The translations under genes and the position numbers were made by a program. 51,654 nt of DNA from Clostridia bacterium. GTDB taxonomy: Bacteria; Bacillota; Clostridia; Oscillospirales; CAG-272. Below, piece after piece: positions 25,441 through 36,479 of the stretch. The stretch's first letter is position 1; each line of letters begins with the position of its first letter. The stretch covers positions 1-51,654 of the forward strand of contig JAFTME010000153.1 of the NCBI GenBank assembly GCA_017452545.1, in the 5' to 3' direction. The notes under the pieces are model-generated. The model saw only the letters and a list, made by a program, of their open reading frames with translations. It searched no databases and had not been told where the DNA came from.

Positions 25441-26787
25441 ATGCCAATCATTCATATATACGGTGCCGGTCTTGCAGGCTGCGAGGCAGCCTGGCAGGCG
25501 GCGCAAATGGGTGTGTCGGTTCGCCTGTACGAAATGAAACCGCACAAATATTCCCCCGCACATCACACCCCCGGCATGGCGGAGTTGGTTTGCTCCAATT
25601 CGCTGCGCTCGGACAGCGTGACAAATGCGGTCGGACTGCTCAAGGAAGAAATGACGCGCTGCGGCTCGCTGATCATGCAGGCAGCAAGAGCGACGCGCGT
25701 GCCTGCAGGCTCGGCACTTGCTGTCGATCGCACGGCATTTTCTGCCTATATTACCGAAAAGATCCGCAGCCATCCGCTCATTGAGGTGGTCGAGGAGGAG
25801 CGCGTGTCCGTAGATGACGGTGTGATCACCGTCATCGCAACGGGACCGTTGACCTCGGATGCAATGGCAGCCTACATCCGCGACGAGCTGGGCTGCAGCG
25901 GGCTGCATTTCTTTGATGCTGCCGCTCCCATCGTCGATGCTGCGGGCATCAATATGGACGTCGCCTATTATGCATCCCGCTACAACAAGGGCGACGCCGA
26001 TTACATCAACTGTCCCATGACTCGCGAGCAATACGAGGCGTTTTATACCGCGCTGATCGGTGCCGAGGAGGCAACGCTGAAGGACTTTGACCGTGAGCAG
26101 CAAAAGGATCTGACGGTGTTTGAGGGCTGTATGCCCGTCGAGGTGATGGCGCGCCGCGGTCACGATACGCTGCTGTACGGCCCGCTCAAGCCGGTCGGGC
26201 TGGTCGATCCTCGCGTGGGTGAGGAGGCGTATGCCGTTGTGCAGCTGCGCAAGGAAAACAGCGAGGGAACCATGTTCAATCTCGTCGGTTTCCAGACACA
26301 CCTGACCTTTCCCGAGCAGCGCCGTGTCTTCCGTATGATCCCGGGACTTGAAAACGCCGAGTTCTTGCGCTATGGTGTTATGCACCGCAACACATATCTC
26401 AATTCTCCCGGACTGCTGGACCGTACCTATGCTATGATCGATCGTCCCAACATTTATTTTGCCGGGCAGATGACGGGCGTGGAGGGCTACGTGGAGTCCG
26501 CAGGATCGGGTCTGATCGCCGGTCGAAACGCCGCGCGCGCTGCGCTGGGACAGGAGAGGGAAGTGTTTCCCCGCGAAACCATGCTCGGTGCCATGGCGGC
26601 CTACGTCAGTGAGGGAAGCCTTGAGGGTGCGGGACGGTTTGTTCCCATGAACGCCAATTTTGGCATCATTCCCACGCTGGGATATCGCGTCAAGGGCGGA
26701 AAAATGGCAAAATATGAAAAATACGCAGAGCGAGCGCTTGCCGCTCTGGATGGGATGCTGCATCCCACCGTACAACACGAGGAGTGA
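25441..26787 (+). CDS. trmFO: Methylenetetrahydrofolate--tRNA-(uracil-5-)-methyltransferase TrmFO
   Basis: [16 protein letters not shown]...[12 protein letters not shown]...[14 protein letters not shown]. Confidence 0.92.
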   Translation: MPIIHIYGAGLAGCEAAWQAAQMGVSVRLYEMKPHKYSPAHHTPGMAELVCSNSLRSDSVTNAVGLLKEEMTRCGSLIMQAARATRVPAGSALAVDRTAFSAYITEKIRSHPLIEVVEEERVSVDDGVITVIATGPLTSDAMAAYIRDELGCSGLHFFDAAAPIVDAAGINMDVAYYASRYNKGDADYINCPMTREQYEAFYTALIGAEEATLKDFDREQQKDLTVFEGCMPVEVMARRGHDTLLYGPLKPVGLVDPRVGEEAYAVVQLRKENSEGTMFNLVGFQTHLTFPEQRRVFRMIPGLENAEFLRYGVMHRNTYLNSPGLLDRTYAMIDRPNIYFAGQMTGVEGYVESAGSGLIAGRNAARAALGQEREVFPRETMLGAMAAYVSEGSLEGAGRFVPMNANFGIIPTLGYRVKGGKMAKYEKYAERALAALDGMLHPTVQHEE

Positions 26788-26792
26788 TATAA

Positions 26793-27848
26793 ATGAGCAT
26801 CAAAATAATCGTTGACGTTATGGGTGGCGATAACGCTCCCGGAGAAACCGTTCGCGGCGTGCTGGCTGCTGCCAAGGAATACGACGCACAGTTTATCATT
26901 GTCGGCGACGAGGCGCAGATCCGTGCCATCGCTGCCGAGGAAAACGCCGATCTTTCCGCCTTTCGCATTGTGCATACCCAAGAGGTCATCACTATGGAGG
27001 ATAATCCTGCCTGCGTTATGCGCGCGAAAAAGGAGTCTTCGATGGCTGTGGCACTTCGCTTGCTTGCCGACGGCGAGGGCGATGCGCTGGTCAGCACGGG
27101 TAACACCGGTGCTCTGTTCACCGGAGCGATGCTGATCGTCAAAAAGATCCGCGGGCTGCAGCGTGCCGGTATTGCAGCCATGGTTCCCGTCAATCCTCCT
27201 GTGCTGGTGCTGGATTCGGGTGCCAACGTTGAGGTCACCGAGGAAAATCTGGAGCAGTTTGCGCAGATGGGCTCGGTCTATATGAAAAAGCTGTACGGCA
27301 TGGAATCGCCTCGCGTCGGTTTGCTCAATAACGGTACCGAGGATTGCAAGGGCACGCCGCTGCAGGTCTCTGCTTATCAAAGACTCGCCGCTTGCCCCGA
27401 CATCAATTTCGTCGGTAACATTGAAGGTAGCATGATCTCCAAGAACTGCTGCGACGTTGTCGTGACCGACGGCTTTACGGGCAATATTACCATCAAGACC
27501 ATTGAGGGTACGAGTAAATTCTTCTTCAAAGAGATCAAGAGCATGTTCAAGTCGGGCATCGGCGGTGCGATCGCGTACCTGCTGCTGAAAAAATCCATCA
27601 GCGACATGAAAAAGCGACTGGATCCCAATGAGATCGGCGGAGCACCCATTCTCGGTGTGTCCAAGCCCGTTATCAAGGCGCACGGCTCGTCCAATGCCAA
27701 GGCGTTCAAAAACGCCATCCGCCAGGCGATCGCCTACGTGTCGACGGACGCGATCGGTGAGATTGCAGACGCTATGCAGGCGTTTGCTGATCGTAAAAAG
27801 GCAGAAAAGCAAGCTGCCGCAGCCGAGAGCGCAGAGCAACAACAGTAA
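26793..27848 (+). CDS. plsX: Phosphate acyltransferase PlsX
   Basis: IIVDVMGGDNAP...ALVSTGNTGAL...DGFTGNITIK. Confidence 0.92.
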   Translation: MSIKIIVDVMGGDNAPGETVRGVLAAAKEYDAQFIIVGDEAQIRAIAAEENADLSAFRIVHTQEVITMEDNPACVMRAKKESSMAVALRLLADGEGDALVSTGNTGALFTGAMLIVKKIRGLQRAGIAAMVPVNPPVLVLDSGANVEVTEENLEQFAQMGSVYMKKLYGMESPRVGLLNNGTEDCKGTPLQVSAYQRLAACPDINFVGNIEGSMISKNCCDVVVTDGFTGNITIKTIEGTSKFFFKEIKSMFKSGIGGAIAYLLLKKSISDMKKRLDPNEIGGAPILGVSKPVIKAHGSSNAKAFKNAIRQAIAYVSTDAIGEIADAMQAFADRKKAEKQAAAAESAEQQQ

Positions 27849-27913
27849 ATGACGCTTCCTTCGCCGCGTATGATGCGCGGTGGGGCAGCATTTGGAAAGG
27901 TTGGGCTTTTTAT

Positions 27914-28630
27914 ATGGCAAATTACCCATTGCCGATGGAGCAGCTGGAGCAAACCGTTGGTCATACGTTCAAGAACCGTGAGGTGCTCTCCCGTGCACTG
28001 ACGCATTCGTCGTATTCCAACGAGATGGGAGTGAATCATCACCATCTGCTCTGCAACGAGCGACTGGAATTTCTGGGCGATTCGGTGCTCTCTATCATCA
28101 CCAGTGAATTTCTGTTTGAGCATTTCAAGGATTGTCCCGAGGGCGACCTGACGCGGATGCGCGCCGATGTCGTCTGCGAGAGAGCCCTTGCAAAATATGC
28201 GGAAAAGATCTCCCTTGGCAGCTATTTGCTGCTGGGGCGCGGCGAGGATCGCAACAACGGCCGTTCCTGCAAGTCTATCATTGCCGATGCCTTTGAGGCA
28301 CTGCTGGCGGCGATGTATCTGGATGCAGGCAAGGCGCGTGTGGCCGAATTTTTGCTGCCGTTTATCAAGGAAGAGATCGAAACGCTCAAGCCGAGCGGCT
28401 TTACCGGCGACTATAAAACGCGCCTGCAGCAGTTCGTGCAGCAAAACGAGGGCGATTTTCTGGAATACGTCACCGTCGGAGAGAGCGGACCCGATCACCG
28501 CAAGGTGTTTGAGGTCAACGCCAAGCTCAATGATAACATCATCGGGCGCGGCACCGGTCACTCCAAGCGAGAGGCAGAGCAGCACGCAGCACGCGCGGCG
28601 CTGGTTCTGTTCGGCATTGAAAAAGAGTAA
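27914..28630 (+). CDS. rnc: Ribonuclease III
   Basis: Signature ERLEFLGDSVL, followed by a C-terminal dsRBD (GPDHRKVFEV...GTGHSKREAEQHAA). Confidence 0.95.
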   Translation: MANYPLPMEQLEQTVGHTFKNREVLSRALTHSSYSNEMGVNHHHLLCNERLEFLGDSVLSIITSEFLFEHFKDCPEGDLTRMRADVVCERALAKYAEKISLGSYLLLGRGEDRNNGRSCKSIIADAFEALLAAMYLDAGKARVAEFLLPFIKEEIETLKPSGFTGDYKTRLQQFVQQNEGDFLEYVTVGESGPDHRKVFEVNAKLNDNIIGRGTGHSKREAEQHAARAALVLFGIEKE

Positions 28631-28635
28631 GCCGC

Positions 28636-29652
28636 GTGCATAAGAACATACCGATTTTTATTCCGCATCTGGGGTGCCCGCACCGCTGTGTGTTCTGTGA
28701 TCAGAAAACCATTTCGGGACACGGTGCTTTTCGCCCGGAGCGCGTGCGCGAGGAGATCGAGGCGGCACTTGCAACGCTTGCGTGCGGAGTGCAGGCAGAG
28801 ATCGCCTATTTCGGCGGCTCGTTTACTGCAATCGATCCTACGTTGATGCACACCTTACTTGCGTTGGCACAGCAGTATGTCGATGCGGGGCGCGTCAGCG
28901 GCATTCGTTTTTCTACCCGCCCCGATGCGCTCAGTGAGTCTTTGCTGGACGCACTTGCCCCTTATACGATTTGTTCGATCGAGCTTGGGCTGCAAAGCCT
29001 GGACGATCGCGTGCTTGCTGCCGCGCAGCGTGGTCATACTGCTGCTGAGGCAGAGGATGCCTGTCGCAGAATTGTCGCACGCGGTTATACGCTGGGTGGA
29101 CAAATGATGCTCGGACTCCCGAAGAGCACTCCCGAGAGCGAGAGAGAAACGGCAAGGCGCATCTGCGCACTCGGTGCGCGTGAGGTGCGGATATATCCCA
29201 CCGTTGTCTTTGACGGCACCCCGCTCGGCACAATGCTTCAGCGCGGAGAGTATCTGCCGCTGACGGTGGAGGAGGCAGTCGAGCGCTGTGCACCGCTGCT
29301 GGATATATTTGAGCAGCATAACGTGCGTGTGCTTCGTATAGGTCTGTGTGAGAGCGAGGGAATGCACGGCGAGCGTGTGCTCGGCGGTGCGCATCATCCT
29401 GCTCTCGGCGAGCTGATCCGCGCACGGCAGTATCTGCGAAAAATGCGAGAGCTGCTCCGCGCTGTCGCTCCCGTAACGGGCGCAGGCATCTGCTTTTTCG
29501 TTGCACCCGGAAAACGCTCACAGGCACTCGGGCAGCATCGTTACAACGCATCGCTTTTATGCGAGGAATTTCAACTATCCCGTCTTGACGTGCGGGAGGA
29601 TGCCGCCTTGAGCGGTACACAAATCACCATATCAACACAGGAGGTGTTGTAA
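28636..29652 (+). CDS. Radical SAM protein (ELP3-like family), GTG start
   Basis: CxxxCxxC cluster motif GCPHRCVFCDQ near the N-terminus. Sits in the conserved rnc-smc position seen in Clostridia. Confidence 0.75.
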   Translation: MHKNIPIFIPHLGCPHRCVFCDQKTISGHGAFRPERVREEIEAALATLACGVQAEIAYFGGSFTAIDPTLMHTLLALAQQYVDAGRVSGIRFSTRPDALSESLLDALAPYTICSIELGLQSLDDRVLAAAQRGHTAAEAEDACRRIVARGYTLGGQMMLGLPKSTPESERETARRICALGAREVRIYPTVVFDGTPLGTMLQRGEYLPLTVEEAVERCAPLLDIFEQHNVRVLRIGLCESEGMHGERVLGGAHHPALGELIRARQYLRKMRELLRAVAPVTGAGICFFVAPGKRSQALGQHRYNASLLCEEFQLSRLDVREDAALSGTQITISTQEVL

Positions 29653-29654
29653 AG

Positions 29655-32600
29655 TTGTATCTGAAATCATTGGAAATGCAGGGCTTTAAGTCCTTTCCCG
29701 ATAAAACCAAGCTGACCTTTGACTCCGACGACGCAAGCCGTGTCCGCATCGGCGCGGGCTCGACGGGCGTTACCGTCATCGTCGGCCCCAACGGCAGCGG
29801 TAAATCCAACATTTCGGACGCGATGCGTTGGGTTTTGGGTGAGATCTCATCCAAAAGCCTGCGCGGTTCCAAAATGGAGGACGTCATCTTTGGCGGCGCG
29901 GACAGCCGTAAGCCCATGAGTTACGCCGAGGTCTCCGTCACCTTTGATAACCGCGACCCAGAGCATAAGCTGGATTGCCCCTACGACGAGGTTACTGTCA
30001 CCCGCCGTTATTACCGTGCGGGCGAGAGTGAGTATTTTATCAACCGTCGCAGCGTTCGTCTGAAGGATATCTACGAGCTGTTTATGAATACCGGTATCGG
30101 TCGTGACGGCTATTCCATCATCGGACAGGGCCGTATCGCCGAGATGGTCTCCCGTAAGAGCGAGGAGCGTCGCTCCATTTTTGAGGATGCGTCGGGTATT
30201 GCCAAATACCGCCATAAAAAGACGGACGCCGAGCGCAAGCTGGCACATGCCGAAGAAAATATGATCCGTCTGCGGGATATATTCGGCGAGATCGAGTCTC
30301 GTGTCGATCCCATGGAAAAGGAAGCTGCCAAGGCAAAGCGCGCCATCGAGCTGCTCAGTGCGAAAAAGCAGGCGGACGTCAGCCTTTGGCTGTACGACAC
30401 CGAGAAGCTGCGCCGTGAGCTGGATCAGGCGGAGCAGGATCTGCAGCGCTCTACCTTCGAGCTGCAGACAGCTGAGGAGTCGGTCGCCTCTATGGAGGAG
30501 CAGAATAACCGTCTGTTCGAGCAGTCGCAAAGCAATAAGATGCAGAGCGAGGAGCTGCTGACCGAGATCCGCGCTCAAACCGAAACCAATCATACATTGG
30601 ATAGTGAATATCGCGTCAAGCAAACCACGATTGAGCATACTCACGAGCTGATCGCCGCAACGCGCGGTACCATGGAAAGCGCCGAGCAATCGATGCGCCG
30701 TGAAATGGACGATTGCACCGCGCACAGACAGAAGATCGCGCTGCTGTCCGACGAGCAAAGCCTTGTCGACGAGCAGCAGACCGAGCTGCAGAACGAGCAG
30801 CGGGAATGCGAGGCGGCGGTTAAGGTGCAGGAGGAGCGCATCGCTACGGCGGGCGAGGACCTTCGTGCGCTGGAGAGCGAGGCGACCGATCTGCGTGTCA
30901 GATTGTCCGTCATTGAAAATGCACAGCAAAACGATGACGGCAAAAACGACACCATGCGCCAGGAGCTGGATCAGTATCTTGCCGTTAGCGCAGAGCTTTT
31001 CAGCCGCATCGAGGAGAAGAAAAAGACGGTGTCCGACTACGACGCCTCTCTTGCCTCGCTGGAGGAGCAAAACACCGCCGAGCAGCAATCGTTGAGCGCG
31101 TTGCGCACCGAGCTGCAAGGCGCGGTCGAGCAGGGTAACGCGACGCAGCTGCGCCGCGATACCATCGTTCAGCGCATCACTACCTATCGCGCCATGGAGG
31201 AGCACTTTGAGGGCTACTCGGGCAGCGTTCGTTACGTCATGAAGCAGTATGCCGAGGGTAAGATCACCGATGCCTACGGTGTGCGCTGCGCGACGATCTA
31301 TGGGCCTCTGTCCAAGCTGATCTCGGTGGAGGATCGCTATATCACCGCCATCGAAACGGCACTCGGCGTGAATTTGCAGAATATCGTCGTTGAAAATGAA
31401 GCTACCGCCAAGGCTGCTATGTATTGCCTTAAGCGCGGAGAGGCAGGTCGTGCGACCTTCTTCCCCCTGACCTCCATGAAGGCATCCACACCGACGCCCG
31501 AAATGAAGGCGGCTGCCGGTGTTGAGGGATATATCGGTGTTGCGGACGAGCTGCTGACGGCAGATCCCAAATTCCGCAACGTCATCTCGTCGCTTCTTGG
31601 CAGAACGATCATCTTTGACAATATCGACCACGCCACCACTATGGCAAGAAGCACCCACTTCCGCGTCCGTGCCGTTACGCTGGACGTACAGCAGATCAAC
31701 GTCGGCGGCTCGTTTACCGGTGGTAGCGTACGTCAGAATAACGGCATTCTCAGCCGTGCCGGTGAGATCAAGCGCCTGGAGACAGAGCTGGTCGAGGTCA
31801 AGGCGGCGCTTGCAAATGCAGAGCAGACCGTTGCCTCGCTGCGTGAGCAGATTGCCGACCGCGAGGATAGCCTGTCTATGCTGGATGAGCAACTCAACCT
31901 TGTTGCCGTGCTTCGCTCCGGTGAGGCAGCAGCCATGGAGCAGCTGATCGCCAAGCGCGATGCCAATGACACGCTTTTGCAAAAGCTCAAGGAGGAATAC
32001 GAGCAGATCACGCAGATGCACGCCCGTTACGAGGAGGAGCTGGAATCGCTTCGTGCCGAGGACGTCGGACTGCAAACGCGCATCTCTGAGATCCGCGCTG
32101 CTCGTGAGGATATGAGCGAACGCCGTGCCGCCCTTGAGGAGCGCTTGGACGAGATCGCTCGTGAGCTGACGGCGCTGTTCGTCCGACTCAGCGCGGTGCA
32201 AAAGGACATTGAAACCGAAAATATGTTCGTCGCTACCTGCGAGGATCGCATTGCCTCCTTTGGGGAGCAGCTGCGCACGCTGCGGGATCGCGACGAGGAA
32301 TATCATCGTCATATTGCTGCTTTGACCGAGGAAATGCGTGCCAACAGAGAGGCGTTTGCCGCAGGCACGCTGCGGCTTGACGGTCTCAACGCGCGTCGTA
32401 AAATGATGGAGAGCGACGGTCTGGCATTTGAGAAAAAGCTCAACGAGCTGGGACGCCGTATGCGCGAAAAGCTGGACGAAAAGGAGCAGATCTCTCGCGT
32501 TCACGTCAGAAACGAAAACAAGCTGGCGCAGCTGCGTGCCGAGCAGGACAAGCTGGCAGGCAAGCTGTGGGAGGACTATGAGCTGACCCGTAACGATGCG

Positions 32601-33326
32601 CTCGCACTCGCTTATCCCGCCGTGACGGCAGAAAACCGTCTGAGTGTGCTTGCACTGCAGACCGAGTGCCGCAACAAACTGCGCGTGATGGGCAGCGTTG
32701 ATCTGGATGCTGTTGAAAAATACACCGAGCTCAAGGCAAGATACGACAAAATGAAGGCGCAGCTGGACGATCTGGAAAGCAGTCGCCGTGAGCTGACGGG
32801 AATCATTACCGGACTTGAAGCGGATATGAAGACCGCCTTTGTGGATGCCTTCAATAAGATCAACGAAAACTTCGGTCGCGTCTTCTCCGAGCTGTTCGGC
32901 GGCGGTAGTGCCGAGCTTTCACTGACCGATCCCGAGAACGTTCTGGAGAGCGGTATTGAGATCAAGGCGGCACCTCCCGGAAAGATCATCAAGAGCTTGA
33001 TGCAGCTCTCGGGCGGCGAGCAGTCGTTTATCGGCGTTGCGCTGTTCTTTGCCATTCTGCAGGTCAATCCCACGCCCTTCTGCATTCTCGACGAGATCGA
33101 GGCGGCGCTGGATGAGGTCAACGTAGAGCGATTGGCGCAGTACATCAAGCGATATTCCGATGGAACGCAGTTTATTATGATCACCCACCGCCGCGGCACA
33201 ATGGCAGCGGCTACCCGCCTGTACGGCGTTACCATGCCTGAGCGCGGCATTTCCAAGGTGCTGGCGCTGGACGTGGAAAGCATTACCAAAGAAAAGGGAG
33301 ATGACTGGAATGGCATTTTTGGATAA
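29655..33326 (+). CDS. smc: Chromosome partition protein Smc (TTG start)
   Basis: 1223 aa. N-terminal Walker A GPNGSGKSN, long coiled coils, hinge. C-terminal signature LSGGEQSF and Walker B FCILDEIEAALD. Confidence 0.95.
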   Translation: MYLKSLEMQGFKSFPDKTKLTFDSDDASRVRIGAGSTGVTVIVGPNGSGKSNISDAMRWVLGEISSKSLRGSKMEDVIFGGADSRKPMSYAEVSVTFDNRDPEHKLDCPYDEVTVTRRYYRAGESEYFINRRSVRLKDIYELFMNTGIGRDGYSIIGQGRIAEMVSRKSEERRSIFEDASGIAKYRHKKTDAERKLAHAEENMIRLRDIFGEIESRVDPMEKEAAKAKRAIELLSAKKQADVSLWLYDTEKLRRELDQAEQDLQRSTFELQTAEESVASMEEQNNRLFEQSQSNKMQSEELLTEIRAQTETNHTLDSEYRVKQTTIEHTHELIAATRGTMESAEQSMRREMDDCTAHRQKIALLSDEQSLVDEQQTELQNEQRECEAAVKVQEERIATAGEDLRALESEATDLRVRLSVIENAQQNDDGKNDTMRQELDQYLAVSAELFSRIEEKKKTVSDYDASLASLEEQNTAEQQSLSALRTELQGAVEQGNATQLRRDTIVQRITTYRAMEEHFEGYSGSVRYVMKQYAEGKITDAYGVRCATIYGPLSKLISVEDRYITAIETALGVNLQNIVVENEATAKAAMYCLKRGEAGRATFFPLTSMKASTPTPEMKAAAGVEGYIGVADELLTADPKFRNVISSLLGRTIIFDNIDHATTMARSTHFRVRAVTLDVQQINVGGSFTGGSVRQNNGILSRAGEIKRLETELVEVKAALANAEQTVASLREQIADREDSLSMLDEQLNLVAVLRSGEAAAMEQLIAKRDANDTLLQKLKEEYEQITQMHARYEEELESLRAEDVGLQTRISEIRAAREDMSERRAALEERLDEIARELTALFVRLSAVQKDIETENMFVATCEDRIASFGEQLRTLRDRDEEYHRHIAALTEEMRANREAFAAGTLRLDGLNARRKMMESDGLAFEKKLNELGRRMREKLDEKEQISRVHVRNENKLAQLRAEQDKLAGKLWEDYELTRNDALALAYPAVTAENRLSVLALQTECRNKLRVMGSVDLDAVEKYTELKARYDKMKAQLDDLESSRRELTGIITGLEADMKTAFVDAFNKINENFGRVFSELFGGGSAELSLTDPENVLESGIEIKAAPPGKIIKSLMQLSGGEQSFIGVALFFAILQVNPTPFCILDEIEAALDEVNVERLAQYIKRYSDGTQFIMITHRRGTMAAATRLYGVTMPERGISKVLALDVESITKEKGDDWNGIFG

Positions 33327-34218
33327 ACTCAAGGCAGGACTTCTGAAAACGAAAAATGCGTTGTTTGGCGGCATTCATACCATGCTCAAGAGCTTTACCC
33401 GTGTGGACGAGGATCTGCTGGACGAGCTGGAGGAGCTTTTGATCTGTGCGGACGTCGGCGTTGGCGCCACCGAGGATATTCTCGATGAGCTGCGCGAGCG
33501 CATCAAGGACGGCAGACTCAAGGAAAAGGAGCAGGTCGTTGACGCGCTGCAGGAGATTCTTGCCGATATGATCGGCGGCGGTGAGCCGCTTCGCTTGGAT
33601 ACTACTCCCTCCGTCGTTCTCGTCATTGGCGTCAACGGCGCGGGTAAAACGACCTCCATCGGTAAAATTGCCAACAGCCTCAAGCGCAAGGGTAAGAAGG
33701 TCGTTGTCGCAGCGGCAGATACCTTCCGTGCGGCGGCAATCGATCAGCTGCAGGTGTGGTGTGACCGCGCAGGCGTGGATATGGTCAAGCAGAGTGAGGG
33801 CTCCGATCCTGCTGCGGTCGTTTATGACGCCATCAATTACGCAAAAAGCAAAAAGGCAGACGTCCTGCTGGTCGATACGGCAGGTCGCTTGCACAATAAG
33901 GTCAATCTGATGAATGAGCTGGCAAAGATCAACCGAGTTATTGATCGTGAGCTGCCCGGCGCCTGCCGCGAGAACTTCCTCGTGCTGGACGCAACCACGG
34001 GGCAGAACGCCGTGCTGCAGGCAAAGGAATTCCGCAATGCAGCCAATCTGACGGGTCTGATCCTGACCAAACTGGACGGAACGGCAAAGGGCGGCATGAT
34101 CATTTCCATTCGCCGCGAGCTGAATATTCCCGTGAAATTCATCGGTGTCGGCGAGAAGATCGATGACATGGAGCCGTTTGACGCAGAGGAATTCGTCACG
34201 GCATTGTTTGAAAATTGA
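33310..34218 (+). CDS. ftsY: Signal recognition particle receptor FtsY
   Basis: MAFLDKLKAGL...VIGVNGAGKTTSIGK...DTAGRL...TKLDGTAKGG. The second ATG is preferred because GGGAG abuts the first one. Confidence 0.92.
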   Translation: MAFLDKLKAGLLKTKNALFGGIHTMLKSFTRVDEDLLDELEELLICADVGVGATEDILDELRERIKDGRLKEKEQVVDALQEILADMIGGGEPLRLDTTPSVVLVIGVNGAGKTTSIGKIANSLKRKGKKVVVAAADTFRAAAIDQLQVWCDRAGVDMVKQSEGSDPAAVVYDAINYAKSKKADVLLVDTAGRLHNKVNLMNELAKINRVIDRELPGACRENFLVLDATTGQNAVLQAKEFRNAANLTGLILTKLDGTAKGGMIISIRRELNIPVKFIGVGEKIDDMEPFDAEEFVTALFEN

Positions 34219-34229
34219 CGGGGTGCGGT

Positions 34230-34829
34230 ATGAAGATCGTATTGGCATCACAGAATAAAAAGAAGATCGTTGAGCTGCGCACGCTGCTTAGCGAATTTAT
34301 CCCGGGAATTGAGATCCTGTCGCTTGCCGACGTGGGTATCACAGGTGATATCGTCGAGGATGGCGACAGCTTCGAGGCAAATGCTCTGATCAAGGCAAGA
34401 GCTGCCGCTGCATCGGGCTATATCGGTGTGGGCGACGATTCGGGGCTTTGCGTTGAGGCGTTGGGCGGCGCACCGGGCATCTATTCCGCAAGATATGCGG
34501 GTGAGCACGGGGATGACGATGCAAATCTGGATCTGGTGCTGGAGCACATGGAGGGAAAGACCGATCGCCGCGCGGCATTCGTTTGCTGCATTGCCTGTGT
34601 TTTCCCCGACGGCAGCGAGCCTATCGTTTGCCACGGTCGCGTGGACGGCGAGCTGCTGTATGCGCGGGATGGTGACGGAGGCTTTGGCTACGACCCCATT
34701 TTCTATTATCCGCCCTTTGGCAAGAGCTTTGGCGTGACGAGCGCCGAGCAGAAGAATACAGTCAGCCACAGAGCGCGTGCCCTTGCGGCGTTTGCCGAGG
34801 CGCTGCGTGACCGACTGCAAAATCATTGA
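34230..34829 (+). CDS. rdgB: dITP/XTP pyrophosphatase (Ham1/RdgB)
   Basis: MKIVLASQNKKKIVEL...EDGDSFEANALIKA...FGYDPIF...SHRARAL. Confidence 0.9.
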   Translation: MKIVLASQNKKKIVELRTLLSEFIPGIEILSLADVGITGDIVEDGDSFEANALIKARAAAASGYIGVGDDSGLCVEALGGAPGIYSARYAGEHGDDDANLDLVLEHMEGKTDRRAAFVCCIACVFPDGSEPIVCHGRVDGELLYARDGDGGFGYDPIFYYPPFGKSFGVTSAEQKNTVSHRARALAAFAEALRDRLQNH

Positions 34830-34846
34830 AACGAAAAGAGATCACT

Positions 34847-35152
34847 ATGAAACTGACAACCAAGCAAAGAGCCTACCTTCGCTCGCTGGCAACGCAGCTG
34901 GACACCATCATGCAGATCGGTAAGGGCGGCGTCGGTGAGGCAATGGCAAAGACTGTCTCCGATGCCCTGGAGGCGCGCGAGCTGATCAAGATGCGCGTGC
35001 TGGAAAACAGCGGCGCCACGCCGCGCGAGATGGCAGAGGAGCTTGCTGAGGCAACGAACGCCGAGGTGATTACCGTCATCGGCAGCAAGATCGTGCTTTA
35101 CCGCGAGGCAAGCGATCCCAAGCGCCGCAAGATCGAGATCCCGAGGGCGTAA
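34847..35152 (+). CDS. yhbY: YhbY-family (CRM domain) RNA-binding protein
   Basis: LTTKQRAYLRSLA...IMQIGKGGV...LIKMRVLE. Confidence 0.85.
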   Translation: MKLTTKQRAYLRSLATQLDTIMQIGKGGVGEAMAKTVSDALEARELIKMRVLENSGATPREMAEELAEATNAEVITVIGSKIVLYREASDPKRRKIEIPRA

Positions 35153-35154
35153 GC

Positions 35155-35766
35155 ATGCGGATCGGTATTTATGGCGGCAGCTTTTCTCCCGTTCATTCGG
35201 GGCACGTTGCCGCAGCAAAGGCGTTTATGGAGCAGATGTGGCTGGATCTTTTGTACATCGTTCCCGCAGGCATTCCTCCCCACAAACAGATCGCAGGCGG
35301 TGCAGATGCATGGCAGCGGCTGAAAATGTGTGAGCTCGCATTTGCCGACATGGAGGGCGTTGTGATCAGCGATATGGAGATTCGTCGCGAGGGCCCGAGC
35401 TATACGGTCGATACGCTGCGCCAGATCTCCCATATGTGCGACGAGGATAGCCGCCTGTTCCTTCTGATGGGGACGGATATGCTTCTTACCTTGGATCGCT
35501 GGGTGCAGCCGGAGGAGATCTTCCGCCTGTCTTATCCCGTTTATATGCGACGGGAGGGCAACGATCCCATTCTCGATTCCCGCATTGTTGCCAAGATCGG
35601 CGAGTATCAGCAAAAATACGGCAAGGTGGTGCGCCGCATCGTCGGAGACCCCGTTGTAGTATCGAGCACGCAGGTGCGTCGTGCGATCGCCGAAGGACGC
35701 AGCATTGACGGTATGGTTCCGCCCGCTGTCGCCGCTTACATCCGTGACCATAATTTGTATGTATAA
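35155..35766 (+). CDS. nadD: Nicotinate-nucleotide adenylyltransferase
   Basis: GIYGGSFSPVHSGHV...PPHK...GPSYTVDTL...ISSTQVR. Confidence 0.92.
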   Translation: MRIGIYGGSFSPVHSGHVAAAKAFMEQMWLDLLYIVPAGIPPHKQIAGGADAWQRLKMCELAFADMEGVVISDMEIRREGPSYTVDTLRQISHMCDEDSRLFLLMGTDMLLTLDRWVQPEEIFRLSYPVYMRREGNDPILDSRIVAKIGEYQQKYGKVVRRIVGDPVVVSSTQVRRAIAEGRSIDGMVPPAVAAYIRDHNLYV

Positions 35767-35787
35767 AAACGAAAGGCAGAAAGCAAA

Positions 35788-36429
35788 ATGAAAAGGGAAG
35801 CGCATAGCATTACCGATAGCACGCTGAATGCGCTGCGTTCCTCGCTTGCGGGCACCATGTCCGAAAAGCGATACGCGCACACCTGCGCCGTCGAGCGCAT
35901 GGCACAGCGGCTGGGCGCGCTCTACTGCCCCGAATGCATCCCCGAGCTGCGTGCGGCAGCGCTGCTCCACGACATAACAAAAGAAGAAAGTTTGCAAAAC
36001 CAATTGCAATTATGCGAGCAATTTGGTATAATGGTATCGGCGCAGGATGTTCTTGCTCCCAAGACCTTCCATGCCAAAACGGCTGCTGCGCGTATCCGGA
36101 GCGACTATCCCGCGTTTGCGACGTCAACCGTCGTGGATGCGGTGCGCTGGCATACCACGGGGCGCGCTGATATGACACTGCCGGAGCAGCTCATCTATCT
36201 TGCCGATTATATCGACGATACCCGTAAATTTGAGGATTGCGTCACGCTTCGCCATATGTTCTGGGATGCGGATCCCGCGGCGATGGACGAGCAGGCGCGA
36301 TTGACGCATTTGCGCCGTGTGCTGCTTTGCTCGTTTGATATGACCATCCGTTCTCTGATCGAGGACGGTGCGCCTATCAGCGAGGATACCTTCCACGCGC
36401 GCAATTACTTGCTGCTTCAGCTTGCCTGA
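35788..36429 (+). CDS. yqeK: HD-domain protein YqeK (bis(5'-nucleosyl)-tetraphosphatase family)
   Basis: RYAHTCAV...AALLHDITKE...HTTG. Sits in the conserved position after nadD. Confidence 0.85.
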   Translation: MKREAHSITDSTLNALRSSLAGTMSEKRYAHTCAVERMAQRLGALYCPECIPELRAAALLHDITKEESLQNQLQLCEQFGIMVSAQDVLAPKTFHAKTAAARIRSDYPAFATSTVVDAVRWHTTGRADMTLPEQLIYLADYIDDTRKFEDCVTLRHMFWDADPAAMDEQARLTHLRRVLLCSFDMTIRSLIEDGAPISEDTFHARNYLLLQLA

Positions 36430-36479
36430 GGGGGCAAGGGCTTACATATTCCTACTATACAAAGGAGTTTGTAAGTCTT

